A DNA stretch of 64,000 nucleotides. Source: Octopus vulgaris. Its lineage: Eukaryota. Below the pieces are notes generated by a model that was not told the origin of the DNA, did not search any database, and worked only from the letters and a program-made list of their open reading frames with translations. The stretch's first letter is position 1, and each line of letters starts with the position of its first letter. The stretch spans positions 62,186,001 through 62,250,000 of the forward strand of contig OX597821.1 in the NCBI GenBank assembly GCA_951406725.2, given 5' to 3'. The position numbers and the translations under genes were made by a program. This document shows, in pieces, positions 53,143 to 64,000 of the stretch.

Positions 53143-53222
53143 TTCTACACGTGTTTCGAAAGGCACAATTTACCAAATTCCGATTGAATAATGAGACCAT
53201 ATTGTGTCTTTCTCTTCAGGAA
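53143..53222 (-). ncRNA. Minimal type I hammerhead ribozyme
   Basis: UUC-CUGAAGA-GAAAGaCACAAU...AUUGUGcCUUUC-GAAAC-ACGU-GUA-GAA. Confidence 0.82.
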
Positions 53223-53574
53223 GAAATAGGAAATCCGTTGGAGAAAACAAAAACAGAACAGAGGCGGAGCAAAACAAATCGAACTAGGCTCCTAAGAGCC
53301 CATGGCCAAACTGTTTATCAGTGTATGTTGAAATCGGGTGGTGGGTGCGTTGAAGATTTTAACGGGTCAGGCAGCGGTCATTTCGGTGGGTGAGGGCACG
53401 GGGTGTGTAGATGTTCTTTGTGACCGAGAGTAAAGTTCTGACTATTTAAAGAATATTAGATGTATTATATGGTAATTTATTACCAAGGGCTATTTTCATA
53501 TAAGTAGTGTAACCGGGTGCAGGTATTATTTATAAGCGTTATTTATAAGCAAGATAAGTATAACGCCGCCAATG

Positions 53575-53894
53575 GGGGCATCGAAAAGCCGACTGTAAAA
53601 GTCCGTTTACCATCCGGTCTCTGGCGAACAATATATGGAAGAGTTCGGAGACACAAAGGTTGCACTTCCTTCTGCCCCTATCAAATGGGAGGGCCACCGA
53701 CAAAATTGACCATTCCAGCCTGTAGCTAGAGTTCGTATACTTCAATCGCCATATTAGCTTGCTAAGTCCCGTGGTCTGCGTTTATTCATGTCTCGAAAAG
53801 TTGCGTAATGGTTGGAGATTCGTAAAGCCAATCTTGACGATGAGGCCCCTACATAAGCGTAGACATCTGAGTCCGTGTAAACCTTGCATTGGTT
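53575..53894 (-). pseudogene. Penelope-type GIY-YIG endonuclease fragment (5'-truncated, frameshifted)
   Basis: QCKVYTDSDVYAYVGASSSRLALRISNHYATF / LKYTNSSYRLEWSILSVALPFDRGRRKCNLCVSELFHIL. Confidence 0.87.
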
Positions 53895-54594
53895 TACTTA
53901 TCTTGCTTATAAATAACGCTTATAAATAATACCTGCACCCGGTTACACTACTTATATGAAAATAGCCCTCGGTAATAAATTCTGAAAAAGCCTTTAAGAG
54001 AAATATGATTAACCATTGCAAGGGGAATTACTCCTGTGAGATGAATGGGGGCTTTGTTTTTGACGACGGGGGGTTTCTTTGACAAGGCATGATTAGACGA
54101 ACACACGCACACATAAAATATTTTTCTGCCGCCCGACGGATCTTACAGCAGTGACCATTGTGTAGAGCTGTTTACCAACTGACAGCCGCGCGATCAAACG
54201 CACACACGTACACATAAGATGTTTTCTACCCCTTGACGGATTTCTCGGCAGTGACCAGAATGTAGCGCTTCTTGCCAACTTGCGCCCGTACACATATATA
54301 GAACAGTAAACACACACATGTCTCTAAGTAGTTTTTGACTCGCCCCATATAATACATCTAATATTCTTTAAATAGTCAGAACTTTACTCTCGGTCACAAA
54401 GAACATCTACACACCCCGTGCCCTCACCCACCGAAATGACCGCTGCCTGACCCGTTAAAATCTTCAACGCACCCACCACCCGTTTTCAACATACACTGAT
54501 AAACAGTTTGGCCATGGGCTCTTAGGAGCCTAGTTCGATTTGTTTTGCTCCGCCTCTGTTCTGTTTTTGTTTTTTCCAACGGATTTCCTATTTC

Positions 54595-54674
54595 TTCCTG
54601 AAGAGAAAGACACAATATGGTCTCATTATTCAATCGGAATTTGGTAAATTGTGCCTTTCGAAACACGTGTAGAA
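54595..54674 (+). ncRNA. Minimal type I hammerhead ribozyme (mirror copy)
   Basis: Same motif on the plus strand. Predicted cleavage after GUA at 54671. Confidence 0.82.
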
Positions 54675-54724
54675 TGAAATAAAACGATTTCTGTTCAATC
54701 TTCGTTCAACTCCATTTCTTCAAT

Positions 54725-54786
<62 letters not shown>

Positions 54787-55063
54787 TTCGGAGCCTATGA
54801 AAAAAACAATTGTTTGTTTATAATTATATATCCGCAGTTCTTTAATTAGCTATATATATAGCAAGTAAAACTATGGATGGTTTTGTCAGTAGGCAGTGTA
54901 GCTTATTGGTAAAGTTATCTGCCGGAGTCTGGGTGAATTCGAGTCCCATGATTGTTTGTTGACAATTTTTTCTGCCCTGCAAGGGTCATTTACTCAGTAC
55001 TTCTGCTGTACTAACGGCAATTCTGCGTTCGAAAAAAATTATCTTTTATATATATATATATAT

Positions 55064-55466
55064 CAGGGACATGCCGGCTAGGTAGGAAGGTAGGCAACGC
55101 GTACCTTAAATAAAAGAGATCGATAGCAAAATATGTACCTAATTAAATAAAATTAGGAAGGTCACTCTGATTACTGGGCATAAAATGCAATATATATATA
55201 TATATATACATATATATATTCAAAATTAGTAAGGCATAATTCGTCCCTGCTTTTCAATATCGGTATTTAAGATACGCATTGAAGTGCTGCAGTACAGGTG
55301 CAGTATTCACTTCTACAACAACGTTTTCTTTACGTCCTATAAAGACAGAAGTAAATCCGCCTTCAACTCAGTCGCACGTCTGTTTCGCTTATATTTTGTG
55401 TGTGTTTTACTGCTTAAAGGTCACCGATTGCCTACTCTGAGTAAGTATTGATGTAAAGTGCCTAGA
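55064..55466 (+). mobile_element. Non-autonomous DNA element (CAGGGAC terminus), copy 2
   Basis: Inverted paralog of 51878-52283. Confidence 0.55.
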
Positions 55467-55944
55467 GGTAACCAAGCAATTTCAAGATGGTATATCTGCC
55501 AGGATCAGTTTAAGGTGTGAAAACTTATTCCCATTCCAGTGGCCATGAATGAGTAATGCTGAGTTGTTTAATAACTTAGCGCTCTTTGCAGTTTCCTGTG
55601 TGCTCTGTTTCCTGTTTCCTGTGTGCTCTGTTGGAAAGATGGTAAATGAAGGAACATATTGAGTGTATGTGCTCATAAGAGTGAGTTGTTGTCTTGTATA
55701 ACACACGTAAAATAAGACCCTGTAAGTTCGATGATAACGTAGACCTATACACATACACGGTAGAATACATATCTTGAATATACTCTGCCAAACTAAACCT
55801 AGAAGGAAGCTTGGAACGCTAATCTCACACCATCGTGATAGCATATCAGTATAAGCTTACATACATGCATACATACAAGCATGCATGCATACATACATAC
55901 ATACATACATACATACATACATACATACATACACACATACATAC

Positions 55945-56229
55945 ATAAAATAGAATACCTACGTTGAACTATTGAGAAATTTGCAGTTACTCTATTCAGA
56001 TTACATCGTCTGGTTTATAACAATAATTAGTGGGGCTCTGGCTATGTAACACACTGCTTAAATAACAATGTTGTGAAATTAGGCTTCTCAAAACCAGAAA
56101 GGGTAAAGCTGCTTCGAAGACTACAGATCCAATCCATCAATGGAACTGTAAAAATCTGTCAAAGATTCCAGTTTATCATTTAACTATATATGAGCATGTC
56201 TAGATATGCAACTATATGTATGAGAATAC
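55945..56229 (+). mobile_element. RLE-type (R4-like) LINE 3' fragment
   Basis: NTYVELLRNLQLLYSDY...IISGAL, LGFSKPERVKLLRRLQIQSINGTVKIC. Confidence 0.7.
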
Positions 56230-56619
56230 AGTGGAGGCGCAATGACCCAGTGGTTAGGGCAGCGGACTCGCGGTCATAGGATCGCGGTTTCGATTCCCAG
56301 ACCGGGCGTTGTGAGTGTTTATTGAGCGAAAACACCTAAAGCCCCACGAGGCTCCGGCAGGGGATGGTGGTGATCCCTGCTGTACTCTTTCACCACAACT
56401 TTCTCTCACTGTTACTTACTGTTTCAGTTGTACCTGTATTTCAAAGGGCCGACCTTGTCACTCTCTGTGTCACGCTGAATATCCCCGAGAACTACGTTAA
56501 GGGTACACGTGTCTGTGGAGTGCTCAGCCACTTACACGTTAATTTCACGAGCAGGCTGTTCCGTTGATTCGGATCAACTGGAACTCTCGTCGTCGTAACC
56601 GACGGAGTGCTTCCATTCC
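56230..56619 (+). mobile_element. tRNA-derived SINE family D with 10-bp TSD
   Basis: TGACCCAGTGG and GTTTCGATTCC boxes, (TTCCA)2 tail, ATGAGAATAC at 56220-56229 and 56620-56629. Confidence 0.9.
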
Positions 56620-57649
56620 ATGAGAATACTTACATAAAACAAAACATACAATGCTGCACATATACATACATACTTACACACATACATACACACATACATA
56701 CATACATACATACATACATACATACATACATACATACATACATACATACATACATACATACATTCATGCATACAAAATACCATGTTGTTGATGTTTGAAT
56801 TCCGATGAAGGAGACTTAGATCTAGGTTAGATTAGATCCTAGCTCTTTCTCTATTGGAAAGAACTCTTAAAATATAACTGGATGACACAGATACATATAT
56901 ATGTTTATATATCTATGTATACATAAATGTATATACGCATTTTTATATATATTGACTCATGATATATCCAAAATAATGAAGGGTACGTGCACTGCAGGTA
57001 TAGTAACACCGTTAGGAAATAAATAGAGCGGAACAACTCTATAATATATAAAGTAGTAAGAAAAAGCTATGCACTAAAGGAGTAGTACAAGTGAGACTTA
57101 GAATTCCTAAAGATGTTAATCATAACGCTGCTAAAGCTATTTTATTCTCCACTGCGGCTGTATTTGAGCTCTTGGTATAATTTCCAAATGCTGTTTCTTC
57201 TGCTTTTGAATGAGGTGGCTCGACTATGGGTGATATAATCTTTTATAACGCAGAAGTTCTCTAAAGTGTATGGGGAAATATATCTGCCATAGAATTCATT
57301 TAAGTTACATAGTGATGAGAGAGAATCTCCTAAGATTTAATATCCCGATAGCAGTATATCACGTTTGCTACGACGAGGTGAAAAGTTACGTGAAATATTG
57401 TGTCATAAATCATGACATATAAGTAGGTTCTCCAATACATTTCTCACTCGAGAATTATATTCTAAGCTGTCATATCTTTATATAGATGTGTATTTGTGTG
57501 TTCGTGTGCGTGTATATATATTACATTCATACACACGCACACATACATATATATGTATGTATTGTGTGTGTATATACACATATACGTATCATTGTATAGC
57601 AGTGTATACGTGTAGATATATGCATATTAAATACATACATGCATACATG

Positions 57650-57683
<34 letters not shown>

Positions 57684-57860
57684 TATATGTATATATATAT
57701 GTGTATTTATATGTATTTATATATATGTACATGTATATGTATATGTATATCTATATATATATATATCTATCTATCTATCTATCTATATATATATATATGT
57801 ATAAATATGTATAGATATATATGTATATAAATATACGGTGTTTGTGTATGTGTTTTGTTG

Positions 57861-57937
<77 letters not shown>

Positions 57938-58677
57938 TAATATAAACAAACATAAACAAACACATATATATATAGTGTGTGTGTGCATCTGTGTGTGTGG
58001 GAATACCTCCAGCTTTCACGGCTTTAAGCTTCAAAACTTATGATTCGAATGAATTATCTCTGGAGAGAGTGAAGCATTTAATGGGATAAACATCCACCAG
58101 AAGAATGCTCAATTTAGTGAGATAATTCAAGTCCTAGAATCGAGTACATTTAAGCTACTCGTATTCTTCTTAGCGTGAAGTTTTAACATCTTCTTGGTTC
58201 TCACTGGTAATCGTGTACGACTAGTTAGAAGCAACTATGTTCTGTGTCCCAAATGTAATGTTCTACTTTTAATGACACATCCTTAATTTGTAACACTGTT
58301 GAACAGAGGCACCGACAAAACCGTGTGAGGACATATTAACGAATATTGTTCAGACGCCTTGTGTCTTTCTCTCTTCCAGATCCATCTTATTCCCTGCTAA
58401 AATAAGTATTTGTTTCATTAGAATTCTCTCACCGAGTGTGTCGTTAGTGTGCTCTTTCTCCCAAGTTCTGGCATTAATGGAGACTGCTTTAAAGAAAGAC
58501 GCAGAGGAATAGTTACCAGGGTAAACAAACGTCACATAGACGTCTAAGAAATTAGAAAGCACACTTGCATGGCTAGTAATTCCGAGAAGTGAGACGTGTT
58601 TCGGAGAACATAAGAGGAATTAAAAAGGGAGACAGACGCACAAGGTGCTATTTAAATAATTTATATCACCATATCAC

Positions 58678-58757
58678 CGACATATATTTCGATTGATACA
58701 ATAAAATTAATTAGAGGGGAAGAATAATGTGGAATAATGTATCAATCTTATCAGAAA
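58678..58757 (-). ncRNA. Degenerate hammerhead-like motif
   Basis: CTGATAA-GATTGATACA...TGTATCAATC-GAAAT-ATAT-GTC. Stem II is a perfect 10 bp, core is mutated. Confidence 0.45.
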
Positions 58758-58914
58758 CTCATACATTCACCAAACTCTACCAGACTCCCTATAAAAAACA
58801 CTTATAAATAGTCACGTTATAAAGAAATAAATAACACCAATTACTGGTAGCATGATCTATGAATTTGCTAACTTGACAAAACGCACTGTCATATTCGCTG
58901 CTTATTAATTTGTA

Positions 58915-59096
58915 TATTCTTGTTCTGCCATTTGACTACTGCCGTGCTGGAGCACCACCTTTAGTCGAACAAATCGACTCAAGAACATTCTTTATAAGGC
59001 TAAAACTTGTTCTGTCGTCTCTTTTGCCGAACCCCTAAGTTGCGGGACGTAAACACGGCAACATTGGTTACCAAGCGAAGGTAGGAAGACAAACAG

Positions 59097-59134
<38 letters not shown>

Positions 59135-59473
59135 GTGTGTGTGTGTGTGTATGTATCGTATTTTTTTTCACTCCAAAATGACTTTATAAACCCCCTGCGT
59201 CCAATGCTTTCAATGAAGGCTCAAAACTCGCTCAAAGCCGTATATATGTTCACAAAACGTGTGCTGCCATATATTAGTGAACGATCGCCTACGGTGTGTT
59301 TATATCGAATGAGGATGCAATAATTTGCTTAGAGTTACCGGTAATAACATATAGTTATACAGGTAAGTGGAGGAATTAAAACTTTATTTTAGTGGTAATT
59401 TATTTTACAAAAGTGTAGCGTAGGCTAGGGTGCGTCCTATGCATTCGTGCGTCTTAGAAGTCATCAAATACGT

Positions 59474-59509
<36 letters not shown>

Positions 59510-59632
59510 CGACGGGCCTCTTTCTGTTTCTGTCTACCAAATTCACTGATAAAGCTTTGGTCAGCCTGAGGCTATAGTAGTAGGAGGCATGTGCTTAGGA
59601 ATTAAGCTTCTTACTACACGGCGGCGCCTGCG
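58915..59632 (-). mobile_element. SINE family A interrupted by a MITE
   Basis: Tail 58915-59100, head 59505-59632. Confidence 0.75.
59156..59473. mobile_element. Tc1/pogo-type MITE remnant
   Basis: CGTATTT / AAATACG ends, subterminal GTGCGTC(C/T)TA repeats. Confidence 0.55.
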
Positions 59633-59689
59633 CCTATATAATTAATAATTATATTTACTCTTGGCAGAAATTGTTACACTGACCGCAGT

Positions 59690-60010
59690 GATCAACTGGC
59701 ACTTATGTTATCGATCAAAGTCGATCGTGGCCGAATTCGAACTGAGAGCGTTAACACAGACTCTTTAGCGGGCTTGCTAACGACCGCCAGCCTACAGCCT
59801 CATGTTGTTGTTTGTTCCTTCTCGGGACATGCTTGGATCATAAGGGCTGGTTTCCCAGTTCCATTGGTGTATAATTTCCCCACCTGACGGGACGCTGATC
59901 GGTCGCATGTGAGCTGCTTGACGGAATTTGAACTCAGAACGTAGCGACGGGCGAAATACTGCGAAGCCTTTCGTCCAATGCGCTGACGATTCTGCCAGCA
60001 CCCCGCCCTT
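59690..60010 (-). mobile_element. SINE family C fragments
   Basis: cggaatttgaactcagaacgtag...gattctgccagc. Confidence 0.7.
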
Positions 60011-61404
60011 CGCCTATAACTGATAATATCTGAGTTCGTCCATTTTAATGAAATTGTGTGACAAGCTTTCAATTTAGAACAATCAGTCAAAACAATGATA
60101 TACTTCTTTCCGGTGTTTCAATCGTTCTGTTTTCAGTTTTTTCTTTTTTCAAATTATTTTCTACTGAAAACAAATTTCACCGTGCATTTAGGCGAGTCCA
60201 TTATAGATTTAACAATTTCGTAAGTTTAGATTGAAAGTAATCACTTGGGCTTCAAAAGACATTTAAATTAATATTCATTGACATCTGGATAAATGTAATA
60301 GTAAGACTTGGGGAAAATACTTCTCGTAAGCAAATAGCTATGTTCACAGCAAATGAAGTTCTTTACTGAAACATCACGGTTTTATGTAGAATATATTTCA
60401 TCCCAAATATTAAATATAGTGTAGATGTGCAGAGATAAGCAATGTCTTTTCTTTGATGTAACCAAACAGTCTATTTTACTTGGATTTATGTTGCATTGAC
60501 GTGACTTAATACGCATTTGCTAGTCTTGGTATTCAGAAACTAAATATATTTAACTCAGTTTAATATAGAACTATATTTCTTTCGACCAAAGCATTAACAT
60601 TAGGTGAAATTAATATCAGCCACAATATTATCTATTGGAAAATTTCTCTTCGTCTTTTTACTTATTTGTCTCGTTATAGTTTAAATTATATTATATTTTG
60701 GTATCTTGAATTTGCTGTGATGGTGACAGTGAAAAAAGCAGTAATAGCGATAGCATGCGTTTCATTGTTACCTTATCAAATAATAAGCGAGTGTTAGAGA
60801 ATGTAGCGTTATTAATACAAGTTCCTCAATAAGGAAATATAGCTTTCTAAAAATGCTAACACATACCACGTTGTAACAAAGTTTATGTCGCTATACTGAA
60901 TAAAAAAAATGTTTCAAATTCGCCAACATAAATGTATATTCACATCTCACACACCCACGTCATGCGCTTATGAATATATACAAACATATCCCTACACAGA
61001 TATATGTGTGTGTACGTGTGGGTGTAGGTATGTGTGTGACATATTCATTTATACATACATACATATACATGTGTATTAATATATAAATATAAATAGGTAG
61101 ATAGAAAGACAGATATATAGACAGATGTATACAATATAAATATATTTTGTGTGGAAGCGTGTTGCAGTCACCAAATTTCCGGAAGCATACATGAACTATA
61201 ATAGCATCTCACATTTTCGTGTCTTATATTTTTGCCCTGTGAACTGATGTTCCCAAACACCCCCAACACACCGCACACCTACACATACAGAGTATTATTG
61301 GTTTTTATTTTTTATATGTTCTTCATCTTGTTAATATAGCAGCAATACATATAAAGATTCTAATATATTCATTCATTCATTCATTCATTCATTCATTCAT
61401 TCTT

Positions 61405-61496
<92 letters not shown>

Positions 61497-61497
<1 letters not shown>

Positions 61498-62725
61498 GTC
61501 TTTGCACAGCTTCTACGGCGCGAGCTGTTCATTACCAGTGAACTCAGGTGACACCGCTTAATTTTCGAACACCATCCAGTAGTATTCAAGATGTTCGAAG
61601 TATTGCTGTTTTCTGCAAGTACTCCACGTTTTCAGAAACCACAGCTGCTTAAGTGTTTAACCTAACCTGTCATATCTATCGACTTTTCTTTCTTCCTTAT
61701 TGCATATCTTGCTCACTGGGCATGCTATATCTATGATCCAGCATCGTTTGCATTCTTTCTCAATTAACACCAATGACTGGTTTCCTATTCTCTGTCTCAT
61801 GGTCGCACTTAATCATAAAATCCCATCGGATCTTTGCATTATCATTTTTGATAATGCCTTCGAGTTTATGTTCGTAGCAATTTTTTGCTCTGTCAAGTCC
61901 ATACTTTTTGCAAAGTGATCAAGGAACAATACTTGCTATTTTGTTATGACGTCTCTTATATTCTTTCTGGGCTAGTGGCGTACATTGACTGGTAATATGC
62001 CATATGGTTTTACCATTTTGTCTACAAATTCCGCACTTATCATTTTCCTATTTGTTGTCTATTCTATATTTGATTCTTTATGTTTGCTCTTGCGCAACAC
62101 AGAATAGGGCCTCCGTTTCCGGTTTAAATCTCTTTTAGTCATCTATAGACATCTTTTATCTCTATGTGTCTTATCTTCAACATCCCTATGAAATTGTCCA
62201 TGTATTCTTTTCTTTATCCACCTGTTTTAAATTTCATTCATTGTCAAGTGCTTGTACAGAGCTTTATCTTTGCAATCTTCCATCCTACACATGCATAACT
62301 TTCTTACTTTCATAACAGCGGTTCAGTTGCATTGTTTTTCATACCGTGCAACGTTGTTTTCTTCTGCTCTAATGCTTTGTTTGCATCCAATAAGTGCTCT
62401 TCTCCCTTTTTTTCTTGCTACATACAAACTGCCTGTGTCATTTTTGGGTGGAGTATCCATATCTAGTCTGAAACTTCCTTGTCTTTCTGTCTAAGCTGTT
62501 TAGTTCGTCTACTGTCCATGCGATTACCCCTGCTCTATATCTAAAGAGTGAAACCGCCCAGGTATTGATAGCTTCGATCTTATTACGTCCGTTTAATTTC
62601 GACTTCAGGATCAGTCTCAGTCTGTGCAAGTACTTCACCTTGAATTTTTCTGTCATTTCTTTCTCCATCAATTATTCCATCACCAGTATCCTCAGCGGGG
62701 ATACTATTTATATCATCATCATCAG

Positions 62726-62797
<72 letters not shown>

Positions 62798-62805
62798 CAT
62801 CATCA

Positions 62806-62867
<62 letters not shown>

Positions 62868-63165
62868 GAGTGAGAGAGCAGTGCATGCCATCAAAGTGAC
62901 ACTGGGGTAATATATACGAAGCGTAGTATACCCATTTTATAGCCTGTCTCTCCTATTTGCTTCATAACCTTCCCCGATGGTATCGCAAGTCTGTCCGTAC
63001 ATTTGATTTTCCTTCTCTTCAAGACTAACACACCACATTTTCAGTCTGAACACAATTCTGATATCAGCATTGAAACTATACACCTTATCAACGAAGGAAC
63101 TGACTTGGGCTTCATCTTTACCATAAAGCGTGAAGTCATCCATGAATAACAAGATTTTGGCTTTT
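61497..63165 (-). mobile_element. R4/Dong-like LINE, decayed, 3' end in (TAA)n, interrupted at 62705-62935
   Basis: LLFMDDFTLYGK (RT), KYLHRLRLILKSKLNGRNKIEAINTWAVSLFRY, ELNSLDRKTRK. Confidence 0.87.
62710..62867. repeat. (TTA)n/(TCA)n microsatellite
   Basis: Trinucleotide run. Confidence 0.95.
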
Positions 63166-63264
63166 CGTTCGCGGCCTTTGCTTTCCTCAGAATCAGTGTT
63201 AGTGGTATCATACAATATTATTGTTATTATTATTAATATTATTATTATTATTATTATTATTATT

Positions 63265-63315
<51 letters not shown>

Positions 63316-63343
63316 GTTGTCGTCGTTGTCGTCTTCATCGTCG

Positions 63344-63378
<35 letters not shown>

Positions 63379-63398
63379 ATTATAATTATTATTATTAT

Positions 63399-63790
63399 TG
63401 AGTAAGAGAGCAGTTCATGCCATCAAAGTGACACTGGGGTAAAATATACGAAGCCCAATATGCCCATCATGACTACCCGTCTGATAATGGTACACCAGGC
63501 ACATGCATCACAACCATATGTGCGCGACATGGTGATCTCATATCAAGATAAACAGCACATGACCTTGCAGGTGGGGCCCAGTTAGAATTTTCTTCAGGTT
63601 GAGTAGCCCATCCCGCTCAAAACGTCCCTGAATAAGGGTCGTTTAAGGACGTTGAAAGAACCACCCATGTTTCCAGAGGTGAATTATTCAATCCCCAAAG
63701 AATCTCTCTCAACACATGGCTATGATGCTCCCCCACTACTTCTGCTCGTGATCAGAGATGCACATATCGTCAGCCACTAAGGGACGCGCT
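63399..63790 (-). mobile_element. 3' end of another retroelement abutting (TAA)n; short copy at 62868-62935
   Basis: gagt.agagagcagt.catgccatcaaagtgacactggggtaa occurs twice, each directly after (TTA)n. Confidence 0.6.
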
Positions 63791-64000
63791 GTGACCGGTG
63801 CATTTCCAGATATTTTGCCTAATCCGTGAACAGGTGTGGTCTCATTTTGTCAAATGGGCCTTCCTTCAGCTCATCTCCTCTACTGAACTGGTCCTGGGTC
63901 AAGAAGAGGTCCAGTCAGGGTGACTGGCATCTGGAATGTTGCCAGACACTCACTGCTCTCTACCAGGCGGGCAATGCGATCAGTGGAACATCTACTCTTT

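Larger units (their letters stand above)
53087..54730. mobile_element. Penelope-like element 3' fragment with nested inverted repeats (386 bp outer, 87 bp inner)
   Basis: 53087-53472 = revcomp of 54345-54730; 53474-53560 = revcomp of 53895-53981. GIY-YIG between the inner arms. (TA)n tracts lie on both sides. Confidence 0.92.

Noticed and set aside
53151-54666. Duplicated 80-aa ORFs (53151-53393 and 54424-54666)
   Set aside because: GTG-start ORFs mirrored only because of the inverted repeat, with no protein motif.

Overview
Eukaryotic, AT-rich, microsatellite-saturated animal DNA. It is most likely octopus or another cephalopod, which I infer from the tRNA-derived SINE families and microsatellite density. 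I found no host protein-coding gene I can support, so the window reads as intronic or intergenic and is almost all mobile-element sequence. Main items: (1) a near-intact, apparently full-length CR1/L2-group LINE (169-4818, minus strand) inside a (TA)n tract. Its ORF1 has an N-terminal Myb/SANT-like domain and two CCCH zinc fingers, and it is in frame with an AUG-less APE-RT ORF2 across a single UAA. (2) A Penelope-like GIY-YIG fragment forming nested inverted repeats (53087-54730), with an intact minimal hammerhead ribozyme in each outer arm, plus several ~200 bp elements carrying variant hammerhead motifs. (3) A 3' stem-loop shared by two CR1-like LINEs and a SINE family. (4) Decayed mariner, pogo/Tigger, Chapaev3, R4/Dong, RTE and Penelope copies, a tandem SINE array and many microsatellites. 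Most ORFs in the supplied track are microsatellite artefacts. All family assignments come from motif recognition by eye, not database searches.
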